Source: Octopus sinensis (lineage: Eukaryota). Taken from it: DNA of 64,000 nucleotides. The stretch is taken from NCBI RefSeq assembly GCF_006345805.1, contig NC_043002.1, forward strand, positions 55,614,001 to 55,678,000, given 5' to 3'. Shown here piece by piece: positions 35,951 through 48,160 of this stretch (within the stretch, counting starts at the first letter, position 1; every line of letters starts with the position of its first letter). Under the pieces are notes generated by a model. That model had not been told where the DNA came from, did not search any database, and saw nothing but the letters and a program-made list of their open reading frames with translations. The translations under genes were made by a program, and so were the position numbers.

Positions 35951-37255
35951 ATATATATATATATACTGTGTGCGCATATGCAGATGTATACACACATATG
36001 CACATCCATATACATTTGTATAATAACATGAATAATCTATGACATACGTATATGTATAAAGTTTATAAGTTTTATAAGTGAAATATAAAATATAATGTAT
36101 AATCTATTAATTATATTAAACGGTGTTAATATTAAGTTGAAAAGACGTTAGAAGAAGTAATGATAATTATTATGATAGAAAAATTAAAATGATATTAATA
36201 CTAATAAGGAGAAAAAAGTGTGGAAATACTATAAATCTATTTACATGCATAACCAAAATGATAAATAAACTATATCTATGATAGTCTGTGCAATTTGTAG
36301 AAGTGATTGTTGTACACTTAGAATTACTGTAAGTATAAGCGTATATCATCTGTAAAATTTTGGTTAATATAAATAGATTTGTAAGAAACACAAAAAAAAT
36401 TACAAAATTAATAAATAAAAATTGAGATAATTCAGAGAGGTAGTTTTTTTAATATACATATCATACAAATGGAATAGGTTACGAATAAGAAAGAAGAAAA
36501 AAGGGGGAAAAGATAATAAAAAAGATATATAAGGGCAAAATAATACCAAGTAGCAATTATTACCCATAATCTCTCTAAATTTACTTACATCGGATGTACA
36601 CAAAATTCTTTCAAATTAAAATTAAATAATCACAGATCATACTTTAATGACCCTAGAAAAGAAAATAGCACAGGTCTATCCAAAAAGGTTTGCCAACTGA
36701 AAAGAAGTAATATAGATTACTCGATTTGTTGGAAAATACTTTCTTCGGCTCCCTCTTATAGACATAATAACAAGATCTGCAAATTATGCCTAGAAGAAAG
36801 TTATAAAATAATGAAAATGAACGGTTCTCTTGTAAATTCGAGAGATGAAAGAGTTTTTTCTTGCAGACATATGTCAAATTCCTTTTTATTGATCTTAAAT
36901 AATCTTTCAGCCCACCCCCACCTTAACTACTTTCATCTTATTCTTTCTCTTTATAATTCAGTTTTCTTGTATAATACCTCTTATTTCCAATCAACCTGCA
37001 AACTCCTCGCTCGAACATATAAAAATACAAATCATAAACAATATCATTCAGTCTGCTATAATGAATCCATAAACACATATAAAACATCCAAGGGTATGTT
37101 GTTTTCCTCTCTGAATATATTATGCTCAGGTCATAGAAGTATAAATTTAATATTTACTTAAAAGTTACTGAGTATTAATTGAAACAGCTGTAAGGGAATG
37201 ATGACTAATTTGTTGTTAATAATAAACAATTATTAACTCCCAATCTCCATGTTCT

Positions 37256-37291
<36 letters not shown>

Positions 37292-37309
37292 GTATGTTGT
37301 GGTGTGTGT

Positions 37310-37510
37310 GGTGTCTGTGTGTCTGTGTCTGTGTTTGTCACCCCACCATCACTTGGTGTGTTTACGTCCCCGTAACTTAGCAGTTCAGCATAAGCTATCG
37401 ATAGATTAAGTACTAGTCTTACAAAGAATATGTCCTGGGGGTCGATTTGTTCGACTAGAGGCGGCGCTCCAGCATGGCCGCAGTCAAATGACTAAAACAA
37501 ATAAAAGTAT
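37310..37510 (+). mobile_element. SINE family B 3' half
   Basis: Tail motif to GGCGGCGCTCCAGCATGGCCGCAGTCAAATGACTAAAAC. Confidence 0.8.
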
Positions 37511-38199
37511 ATATATATATATATGCGTATTATGCGTGTATGTATGTATGTATGTATGTAGAAGAGAGAAGGTCAACGCTGGAATTCTATTAATAAGTTT
37601 GCTTGGTCGTAACTTACTTAGGGCTAAACAAAAACAGCAATTAAGAGTTAAAAGCATCGTTGTTCGTCTCAAAGGAGAGGAAGAATGGAATTTATGACGT
37701 TCATATATTTTCCAAAATGTAGATCACAAAAACTGGAAATAATGATCCTATTTGTTTTGTTTCGGGGTTTTTTTTGTTTGTTTGTTTGTTTGTTTTATTT
37801 TGGTGGTGTAGTTGGAATTTTGGAGGTATTTCCTGGCACAATGAGACATCACAAGATATAACAAAACCTGTTTCAACAAACAACTTTAAATCAAGAATCT
37901 CGCAGAGCAAATACAAAACCTTTTTTCTTTTTTTTTTCATTTTTTTTTTTTTTTGTCAAGTGTGAAATCTCTTATCAGATGAAAAAACAATACCAAACGG
38001 AGTTTGATGAGTTTATGGAAAATACGTCTGCTGTTCGTCTAAAATGTAATATTGGCACAAGTCTACTTATTTTGAGAAGAGAAATTAGGTTGTAGGCTAT
38101 GACATGACCTTCCTTTTTTGACCCCTAAAAGGATGAGAGACAAAGCTGAGCCCGGCGGAATTTGAACTCAGGACGTAAAGTGTTGGAAGGACGCCGCCA

Positions 38200-39018
38200 A
38201 GCGGTAAGAAGCTTGCTTCCCAACCGCATGGTTCCGGGTTCAGTCCCTCAGCGTAGCACTTTGGTCAAATGTCTTCTACTATAGGCTCGGGCCGACCAAA
38301 GCCCTGTGAGTGGGTTTGGTAAACGGAAACTGAAAGAAGCTCGTCGTATATATATATATATATTATATATATATATATATATATGTCTGTGTATGTGTGT
38401 TTGTAGTGGATCATGCAGGCATAGCGTGAATTCGATCCTCGATCGCCAAATTTCACTTAACAAGTTCAACAGCACTTTTCTCGCGGCAAAACAATAGTTA
38501 TCTTTTCTTGTATGTTGTTGCTGGTTATGTTTGGTTTACTGCTAGCCACCCAACTAGGAATTAGAGGAAAATAGAGAGAAATGTTAAATGTAAGGAATTG
38601 ATAAAATGATACTTTCATGGTGCCTGACATTTGAACAGCAGTGATGTTGTGATAAGACACTGTATCATAGTTGACATTCACACTGGTAAGCTTTCTCTCA
38701 TTAACTGGATTCTGCCTGTGGTCGCCTCTTCGTCATCTCCTTTTTGCCAACTAGGTTCTCACTAGCTTTGGCTTACGGAGTTCTTGTTAGACATATTGTT
38801 GAGAACAATAGATTTCGTTGGGGGGGGGGGGTCTATTAGGTCCATTGCAGCCCCTAGTGGCCTAGAAGAGGTTAGAAGGGTCAAGTCGCGAATATATTAT
38901 TCCGGCTTAGCAAAGGCAACCGGTAAATCTAACTGGTGTCGCTCACAGAAAAACTACGTTTTACCGTGAGAAAGGTGCCGTTGAACTGTTAAGTGCCTGC
39001 ATGATCCACTACATACAA

Positions 39019-39090
<72 letters not shown>

Positions 39091-39280
39091 GTGTGTTTGT
39101 CCCCCAGTCATCGCTTGACAACCGATGTTGGTGCGTTTACGTCCCCGTAACTTAGGACCCGATAGAATAAATACTAGGCTTACAAAGAATAAGTACTGGG
39201 GTCGTTTTGTTCGACTAAAGGCGGTACTCCAGCATGGCCACAGTCAAATGACTGAAACAAGGAAAAGAGTAAAAGAATAA
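38200..39280 (+). mobile_element. SINE family B split by a TIR element in its microsatellite
   Basis: Head 38200-38348, tail about 39090-39280. Confidence 0.72.
38402..39013. mobile_element. Unclassified TIR element (about 610 bp)
   Basis: TIR TGTAGTGGATCATGCAGGCACTTAACAGTTCAAC.GCAC.TTTCTC.CGG.AAAAC; left copy has an insertion of about 34 bp; TSD unresolved. Confidence 0.65.
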
Positions 39281-39354
39281 AACAATACTGTAGCTCTGTC
39301 ATAACCCCCAGAACTAATAAAACCAGAACTTGACTCAGTTCCCGTGGTGTATAA

Positions 39355-39670
39355 CTGGTACTCCGTCGGTTACGATGTAGAGTGTTCCAGTTGATCCAAT
39401 CAACGGAACAGCCTGCTCGTGAACTTAACGTACAAGTGGCTGAGCACTCCGCAGACACAGGCACCGTTAACGGAGTTCTCAGGGAGATTCAGAATGTGAG
39501 AAGGTTGGCCCCTTGTGAACTACGGGTACAACTTATTTTTTGCCAGTTGAGTGAACTGAAGCAATGTGTAATAAAGTGTCTTGCTCAAGGACACAACTCG
39601 TCGCCGAGTATCGAACTCACCACCTTACAATCGTGAGTCGAATACCCTAACCACATAGCCATGCACCTTC
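39355..39670 (-). mobile_element. tRNA-derived SINE family D (CORE-like block)
   Basis: Minus head GGCTATGTGGTTAGGGTATTCGACTCACGATTGTAAGGTGGTGAGTTCGATACTC then GTGTCCTTGAGCAAGACACTTTATT. Confidence 0.75.
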
Positions 39671-39858
39671 ACTCATGACGTATAACTGAGGTGGAAACAC
39701 CCTGAAAGAGACGCCGATCCATTGGCACGGCTATTGTTGGAAAACAAAGTGAAACGAAGCGTCTTGCTGAAGAGTACAATACAGCATACGGCCTAGGAAT
39801 CGACCTTCACCCGACCCATTCGTCATACACCATCACATAAACAATTAAACAAAGGGGC

Positions 39859-40916
39859 CAGTGGTTCTCATCCGGGGCCCCATTCGACACTTTCGGGATC
39901 CATATAAGGTTTTACATTAAAATTTATGCGCAATATATTGCTTATAATTCCCCAGTGCACAAAATGTTTTAGTAATATTTTAACACAATGGCTCCCACAC
40001 GTCCTGCCGGTGGATCGTAGTGGTATGTTTACGAGTCCCGCCCGACCCAACAGCGGGTCGTTTCTTAATTTCTTTCCTAAAGGCTTTCTGAGAGCTGGAA
40101 TGCTCTGATTGCTGTGATTTGTGCTTTTGCTACACTAAGAGAACAATTTTTTATAGATTTCTTATATTTTCTTTTCGATTTTCTTCTGATTTCACCATGT
40201 AATGGGGTAAAATAAAAGATTGAGTATTGAGAAAATTATATTTGCTATTGAAACAAAAATGGTTACAGAGATGTACTTGCATAGCATGTGACCCGATCTG
40301 AGATCGTGTGCTGAAACAAAAACAATTGCAGCGTGGTCAGTGAACAGGTCGCGGTCTCAAAGCGACGAAAATATTTGGGCAAATTAAATTTAAATGTTGA
40401 AGTGAATCTAACGGTTTTTGTGGGGTTTTTTTAATGGCTTATAAACAGCTTCCATAAAAATAGTTCTTTTTTGAAAAAATCGATAAATTTTTCCTATAGA
40501 AACAGAAGGGAATGAAAAATATTTTACTTGCCATGGAAACCAAAATAGTTCTTTTTGAAAAAGATTTGAGAGCTTCCTTTAGAAAATACCCCAAATTTTT
40601 AATTGACCACGGGCAGGTCGTGTGGTATCTAGGCTGTGATATGAAGTAAGGTACCACACGACCCTGCGGTGGGACGTGAGTATCTAACACTACCTGTGTG
40701 ACCCTTGCCTCACGTATGGTATAGTGTAAAAATATTACGCCGCTCATGTCACAATTAATATCGTATTGGGACCCTGGGATAAAATGTGAAATGAGGCTCG
40801 GGAGCCAACGTATTCAAAACAATTCCTCTTAACGATTAATTATAAAAACGTAAAAATAGGAGCAAAATAGGAATCAAAGGGGCTCCATGGGGAGGGGGAA
40901 TGGTTGAGAAACACTG
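39859..40916. mobile_element. hAT-like non-autonomous element(s)
   Basis: Ends CAGTGGTTCTCATCC and GGTTGAGAAACACTG; 8-bp flanks do not match, so the ends may belong to different copies. Confidence 0.45.
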
Positions 40917-41354
40917 CTCTTCGTGGTCATTCGATCTTCTAGAAATAACAGTTGAATCTCCTAATCACATCCTACCATCTTAAAAAAAAGAGCACATTAG
41001 ATATGGCGGACGTGGATTTGTTATAAAAGAAGTGATAGTCTCAACGGAGACGTACTTGCTCACAGGTTTTGTCTAGTGACGACTGACTAGCAATTAAACA
41101 ACATTATTAATATCATAAAATATCATTGAATATCGATCTGTGGCTTTTCGGAATATTTTTAAGTGAAATAAATATCAAAGATTCTTTGCGCAACACAGAA
41201 ACTGTAAGAGCGACTTAGAAAGACTGCAAACTCTTCTCTTGATTGTGACTAAATCTATTGCAATACTTCACCAGATATCTCCAGCTCACAAGGGTTTCGT
41301 CCCTAAGCCTGCGCCCTTCACTTGACTGACGCAGTGAAGATTGAATTAATCGTT

Positions 41355-41535
41355 GATTACAGAAGACTTCTATGTATAGTCTCTAACCAACCACAGCCAT
41401 CTTGAACTGGTTTCAGCTTCTATGTCCTTGATAGCTTTCTTCAGTTCGTGAGAAATGCCAAGTCTGTCCTCTCGAGGCACTGTGAGTTCAGCCATGGCTA
41501 CCCCATCGGTAGCAGCAACATATCTCGTCAGAACC
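41355..41535 (-). mobile_element. REL endonuclease remnant, HERO/R2-like
   Basis: AELTVPREDRLGISHELKKA..GW..IEV resembles the ELTVPWEE..AHERK.KY motif. Confidence 0.55.
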
Positions 41536-41667
41536 ATTTTAAATCATTTGTGCATTTCATTAGTAACGAGGCGTAAAGCAAATACAAGAATCAAAACTAA
41601 ACTGATATTTCTAACTTGGCAACAACTTACCAATCACTCCACATTTATTGTTGATATTGCCTGGAGA

Positions 41668-41990
41668 AAGGCGGCGAACTGGTGCCATCGTTAGCGCACT
41701 TAGCGGCATTTCGTCCGACTCTTTCCGTTCTGAGTTCAAATGCCAACCATCGAGCCCTGGGGCACAGGGAATCGACTACCCCACCCACCCCCTAAAATCG
41801 CTGGCCTTGTGCCAAAACTTCAAACAAATGTTGATCGAAAAAATATTTCATATTTGAACTTCCAGCCGCACGGTTCCGGGTTCAGTCTCAATGCGTGGCA
41901 CCTTGAACAAGTGCCATCTGCTATAGCCTCGTGCCGACCAAAGCCTTGGGAGTGGATTTGATAGACGGAAACTGAAAGAAGCTCGTCGTA
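41668..41990 (+). mobile_element. SINE family A copy followed by a family B head
   Basis: GGCGGCGAACTGG..GAGTTCAAATGCC..; CACGGTTCCGGGTTCAGTC..GGCACCTTGAACAAGTG. Confidence 0.7.
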
Positions 41991-42012
41991 AGCAGCAGAA
42001 ATATAACAAAAG

Positions 42013-42050
42013 CTGTTACTCGGAGTTTCACGTTCTTGTTCGTCGGACAG
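42013..42050 (-). ncRNA. Hammerhead-like motif with CCGACGA core
   Basis: CTGT-CCGACGA-AC(AAGAAC)GT-GAAA-CTC(C)GAG-TA-ACAG. Confidence 0.5.
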
Positions 42051-42746
42051 TTATGTTAATATAGAACCGAAATAACAATTTGATCAAAACTAGCTAAATG
42101 ATACACCTTTAAAAATGGATTTGTTTCATTGGCCCTTTCAAATAACGGTCTTAGGCAAGCGATAAACAAAATAAACGAAATAAATGAGTTCAATATAAAT
42201 TATAAAAATCAAGGAAAAACCTTAAATCGAAGAGTTGATTCAAATACATAGTCATTAATTATATAGAAAATATAATTCGATTAATACAATTAATACATTA
42301 AAATTAAAATTAAAACATATTAAAATATTTCACAACAGTACATACTCATACTAAACCAGCGATATACATATATACATCAAAATACACAGATAGATGTGCA
42401 CAGTTCACATACATATACAAACATAAATGCAAAACGAAAAATATACACGCAAATACATGTACACATATGTATACGCAATCTTGCTCGCATGCAAAAATCA
42501 CTTGGTGTATACATATAGACTAGAAGACGCCAAGAGGGGGAAGAAAAGAAAAGGTGACGATCTTATAAGCAACAGAAAATCTAAAGACGTGAGTAAGAGA
42601 AGGGGAGAGGGGCGTAAAGTTACAGGACTCTATAACGGAAAAAAGGAAGAAAAAAAAGTCTGACTGCGTAACGTACGTTCGCAAAATAAAATTACATATA
42701 CGTATATATATATATATATATATACGTATATATATGTGTGTGTGTG

Positions 42747-42848
<102 letters not shown>

Positions 42849-42849
42849 A

Positions 42850-43220
42850 GGCACAGGAGTGGCTGTGTGGTATAAAGCTTGCTTCCTAACCACATGTTTC
42901 CGAGTTCAGTCCCACTGCGGGGCACCTTGGGCAAGTGTCTTCTGAAATAGCTTCGGGCCGACCAAAACCTTGTGGATGGATTTGATAGAGGGAAACAGAA
43001 AGAAACCCATCGTGTGTGTGTGACTTTGGATTTGTCATTTACTTACGCTCGATAATTAGTGTTACTTTGTTTACGTCCCCGTAACTTAGCAGTTCGGCAA
43101 TAAAAGACCGACAACATAGGTAACAGAGTAAAAAAAGAAGTACTGGGGCTAATTTGTTCGACTAAAACTCTTTAAGGAGGTGCTCCAGCTTGGCCGTAGT
43201 CGAATACCTGAAACATGTAC
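42850..43220 (+). mobile_element. SINE family B copy
   Basis: GGAGTGGCTGTGTGGTATAAAGCTTGCTTCCTAACC..GGCACCTTGGGCAAGTGTCTT..tail. Confidence 0.8.
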
Positions 43221-44351
43221 AAGATATGTCGAGATTTCTGATAACCTTACAAGGGACATAATTTTGAAAATGTTGTTGAAGATTTACCTCCCATTTAATA
43301 TACCTGCCACTGTGTGAATCGCTGTACACTTCTTTTTCGAACGACAAAGCGTTAGGATCAACATGAAATACTTTGGCGGTATTTATTTAGTTCTGGGTTC
43401 AAATACTAACTTTTGCCTCCAAGGAAAATATATGTATGTAATAATTTTAATAAGGGTAACAATTATATATTGGTATCTTTTCGTTTTAGCCATCTTTTAT
43501 ATTTTATTATACAGGGTGCGATGGGTAAATTGTCGCCATTTTATATTTTTTATTTCGTGCATACGCATGGTTCTTTTTTATTTTGTCGACTACACAGTAT
43601 CGTAGGGTCGGTTGGGTACTGTCTGTGAGAAAAACAGCACTATGACGCTATTTACTCAGCCAGAAATTTGGAAACGACATGCTTGGCATTCTCGTTTCTA
43701 GTAAGGCGCTCAACCTGCTAGAAATGACAACTAAATCTCTCTCAAAAGCGGAGAATCGGCAACCGTCAGTGCATCAGACAAAATGTCTCATAGCATTTGT
43801 CCTGACTCCATAAATTCTGAGTTCAAATCGTGCTGAAGTTAATTTTGTTTTTCGTCTTTTCGGGGCCGATAAAAAAAGTATTATTCCAAGGGCGATGGAC
43901 TGGTGGAACTGTAAGAATTGGATATGTTGCAGTATTTGTTCCAGCTCATTAGATTCTGAGTTCAAATCTCACTCGGGTCTTTTTGAGTGAGACATACCAC
44001 GTTGATCGGTTTAATACCCATCCTTGGCACCCTAGGTGCCACTCGAGAAGTCCATTCTATTGAAAACGCTCGAGACAGGTTTCCGGTTTGAGAATATCTT
44101 CTTCCCTGCTCCCCTGCTCCCCTGCCTCTCCCCAGCCCCCACCCCCACCCCACCAAGTCTCAGGCATCCTTTCACCGATTATACGCACATCCGACTCTCC
44201 TAACGCAAGGGATTTCTCTTTTTTAATCACGCAACTGTTCAGAACCTGAGCGAGTCAATTCCTCGACGTTGCCAAAGATGAACCGACTACGGATAGACTA
44301 ATGAAATGTCCATTTGACAAAGTGCTTTCATTATTTTGTCAAACCCCAGTT

Positions 44352-44424
<73 letters not shown>

Positions 44425-44635
44425 GTGTATACACACATTCACTCTGACACACACACACACTGTCACATCATACACTCACACACACACTCTCACATCATAC
44501 ACTCACACACACACACGCACACACTCAAACACACACACGCACTCTCACACACATAATTACACATGCGCACTGTCTCTCACACACACACATACCACACATA
44601 TACACATACTTACACGCGCACACTCACTCTCTCTG

Positions 44636-44669
<34 letters not shown>

Positions 44670-44928
44670 TCACACACACTTCCATATTTCTATACATTCA
44701 TGAACACATATCGCTCATTCACATGTGCACGTGCGCCAATATTACTGATAACTTTAGCTGGAGAGGATTAACTCAGCTAAATCTTTAATCTTCGAATAAT
44801 TGGGGAGCCGAGTCCATTAATCTGCATCTGTGATTATCAATAATTTTATCAATAACGTTTCAACAATTAGCCATCCTTTTATATTTTCTTCTTATTCCAT
44901 TTCATTGTATTAATATTTTCTATTTTAA

Positions 44929-45723
44929 GGCGGGGGTGGGCTGGCATAAACGTTAGCACGCCGGGCGAAATGTTTAGCGGTACTTCGTCTGTCGTTACGT
45001 TGTGAGTTCAAATTCCGCCGAGGTCGACTTTGCCTTTCATCCTTTCGGGGTCGATAAATTAAGTACCAGTTACGCACTGCGATCGATGTAATCGACTTTG
45101 TCCGTTTGTCTGTCCTTGTTTGTCCTCTCTGTGTTTAGCCCCTTGTGGGTAGTAAAGAAATAGAAATAGGTACTTCGTCTGTCGTTACGTTGTGAGTTCA
45201 AATTCCACCGAGGTCGACTCTACCTTTTATCCCTTCGGGGTCGATTAAACAAGTACCAGTTACGCACTGGGGTCGATATAATCACCTTAATCCGATTGTC
45301 TGTCCTTGTTTGTCCCCTCTATGTTTAACCCCTTGTGGGCAATAAAGAAATAGGCATTTCGTCTGCCGCTACGTTCTGAGTTCAAATTCTGCCGAGGTCG
45401 ACTTTGCCTTTCATCCTTTCGGGGTCGCTTAAATAAGTACCAATTACGCACTGGGGTCGATATAATCGACTTAATCCGTTTGTCTGTCCTTATTTGTCCT
45501 CTCTGTGTTTAACCCCTTGTGGGTACTAACGAAATAGATATTTCATCTGCCGCCACGTTCTGAGTTCAAATTCTGCCGAGGTTGACTTTGGCTTTCATTC
45601 TTTTTGGGGGTCGATTAAGTAAATACTAGTTATGCACTAGGATTGATGTAATCGACTTGATCCCTTTGTCTGTCCTTTTTTGTCCCCTCTATGTTTAGCT
45701 CCCTTGAGGGCAATAAAGAAATA
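44929..45723 (+). mobile_element. SINE family A head-to-tail tetramer (184-bp period) with one flanking TSD
   Basis: Junctions at 45169, 45353, 45537; flanks AATATTTTCTATTT (44912-44925) and AATATCTTTCTATTT (45724-45738). Confidence 0.88.
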
Positions 45724-45904
45724 AATATCTTTCTATTTCATCATGAAATTGCATTTTTTTTTCTTTCTGTAGATCCGTGATTCTCGACCGTTCTTTCCCC
45801 ATGGACTTCTTCACCATGAATTCCTATTTTACTCGGGTAGCTTTTCATAGCCATTCCATGTTTTTAAAAATTCCTGCCGTATTAAATGTTATTGGGAAAT
45901 GCAT

Positions 45905-46245
45905 CCATTTGCTTGTTTCAGACATTTGACTGCGGCCTTTCTGGAGCACCACCTTTTTGTCGAACAAATAAACCTCAGGACTTATTCTTTATATAGCTTA
46001 GTACTTATTCTATCGGTCTCTTTTGCCGAACCGCTAAGTTACAGGAACGTAAACACACCAGCATCGGTTGTCAAGCGATGGTGGGGGAACAAATACAGAA
46101 ACATATACGTATATAAATATATTCGACAGGCTTCTTTCAGTTTCCGTCTACCAAATCCACTTACAAGGTTTTGGTCAGCCCGAGGCTATAGTAGAAAACA
46201 TTTGTCCAAGGTTCCACGCAGTGGGACTGAACCCGGAACCATGTG
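45905..46245 (-). mobile_element. SINE family B full copy with short microsatellite
   Basis: Reverse complement of head, CORE-like block and tail. Confidence 0.82.
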
Positions 46246-46399
46246 GGTTCTTTATTTCATAACATTTGCCATAAGATGGGACGAACAAGGACAGCCAAAA
46301 TTAAAAATTACAGTTCGAATGAAAATTTACAATGATCAACATTTAAAATATAATAAAATATATTTGTCATTGCGATTTGCAATGAATGACGTCAAAAGG

Positions 46400-47810
46400 A
46401 AAGGCCTCCGGATACCTGGGTAGAACCATTGCTTTCTTCCACTGACCCCACTTTCCTGGTGCCAATCACTCTCAGCTTGCGTTCCACAGGCTTCCATCTC
46501 TTCACGAACGTGTTCAATGACAGGCACCTCTTCTCCAGCCTGATCTTACTCATGAGGTAGTAATTTAAAATGTTCACCAACCCCTGACCGGAGACAAAAG
46601 TACCTGTCACTATTCCTCTTACTCGTGTCTTCCATACTGCTTCTTTCAGTATGGCTACTACGCAGAAAAAACAAGCCTTCCTTTCCCTGTTAAGGGAGGG
46701 AGGCGGAACAATCTCGATGATAGACTCAGCCGATAGCTGTACTTCTCCCATCGATAACAACAGTTGTTCTGTGAAAACTATCAGTCCCGTTAATTCCGGG
46801 CATTCCACAAATACGTGCAAAACGGTTTCCCTGTCCTGCCTGCATCTCAGACATGTCGGCGAGACAGTACTTCCGTGCCTTGACAGTTTATCTCGAACAG
46901 TTAACGCTGCTCGGAAGCACTGCCAAACCAGGGATTTCTGGTAATTATCCAGACACCCTGGCCTGAACGTTCTCCTGAACAGTTTGATCAACTGATTTTC
47001 ATCGTAGCCCAAGGTCTCCCCCCAAGGCGTCTTCGGATATAACCCACTATAAAAATCCGCGGTGGAACTCCCGTTGCCAACATTGTCCGCCCGAGAGAGT
47101 AGCTGAAGTGCCTGACGGCACTCCAATTGCCAATCTCAGCCTAAGTCTCTGCTTGATTCATGTACCAATGTCCGTTAAGGACGTTAACCGCGGAAGGTAG
47201 AACCGGGCGTGCAGTGACTACACCTGCTCCCCTTCCAGATTAGGCCAGAGGTGCCTCAACCTTAACGCGAGTTTTCAGCCAAGGCATCCCTAGCCCACCC
47301 TTTAGCGGTTACTGGCAGCAGACAGAGCGCTTCACAAGAGGCTTTCCTCCCTTCCACAAAAATCGGAAAAGGATTCTCTCCAACTTGTTTAGCCACATAT
47401 TGAGTCAAGGCACCACGCTCAGACGGTAGGTGATAACTGATGCTATAAACATCTGCACCACCTCCGCCTTCCCTAGCAAAGATAACGCCCGCCCAGACCA
47501 GGTCAGGGTTAGAGCAGTCACCTTACTGGTTACCTCCTTCTAATTTTTCTCTATCTGGAGGTCTGGGCCAAACCAGACCTCAAGCAACTAATAGGACCTT
47601 CCATCCAATGCCCCACGACGTTATTAGATGTCATCGGTTTGCTCCTCCAGGTGCATACCACAGATCATTCGGCACGCCCCCTAGTGTCTCCAGCTTCCGC
47701 AGCAATGTCTCAAAAGCCAACACATACAAAAGCGGAGACAGGGGACACCCGTGACGCACTGACTCAATCCTGAATGGTTTAGAAAAGAAACCATTCACTT
47801 TGACGACAGA
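46400..47810 (-). mobile_element. Tx1/L1-clade LINE remnant: RT C-terminal half and zf-RVT
   Basis: RHGCPLSPLLYVLA; LFRFLWKG..KGGLGMP; ORF 46392-47126 ALTVRDKL..CLRCRQDRETVLHVFVEC. Confidence 0.85.
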
Positions 47811-47944
47811 CTAGATGTTGCTGTACAAAGCAGCAATCCAACCGCGGAAGGTCGGGCCCAGGCCAGCCCTCTCGAGTACTGCCGCCAAGTACCGATGGTT
47901 GACCTTATCAAATGTTTTAGACTGGTCTAAATGTACCAGTGCCT

Positions 47945-48160
47945 CTCTTGCACCAGAAAAAGAAGAACTTGTGAGTAATGTGTTGCTGTGGGCACCAAAT
48001 CATGGTACCACAGTGGCTGGAAGACCACGGAAGACGTATATACAACAACGTGTAGAAGATGTTGGATGCCAAGTTGAAGACTTAAAAACACTAATGGAAG
48101 ATCGGCGGGATGGAGAGGGGATAGTCAGGCTGGCCCGGGCAATCAGTTTGACTGGATGAT
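47945..48160 (+). mobile_element. RTE-clade LINE 3' end
   Basis: [34 protein letters not shown]. Confidence 0.78.

Larger units (their letters stand above)
34557..37256 (+). mobile_element. Penelope-like element with GIY-YIG remnant (about 36540-36895) and an inverted pseudo-LTR pair (34557-34833 and 36979-37256)
   Basis: IYQVAII..FTYIGCTQNSFKLKLNNHRSYF..STGLSKKV..WKIL..CKLCLEESYKI..VNSRDE..CRH; the two segments of about 277 bp are reverse complements and contain GAAACAGCTGTAAG. Confidence 0.8.

Noticed and set aside
43512-43630. Mariner MITE starting TA|CAGGGTG (also about 56535)
   Set aside because: Only one end seen; no matching TIR
44929-45723. CRISPR-like or satellite array
   Set aside because: Units are SINE monomers without unique spacers; eukaryotic context and no cas genes
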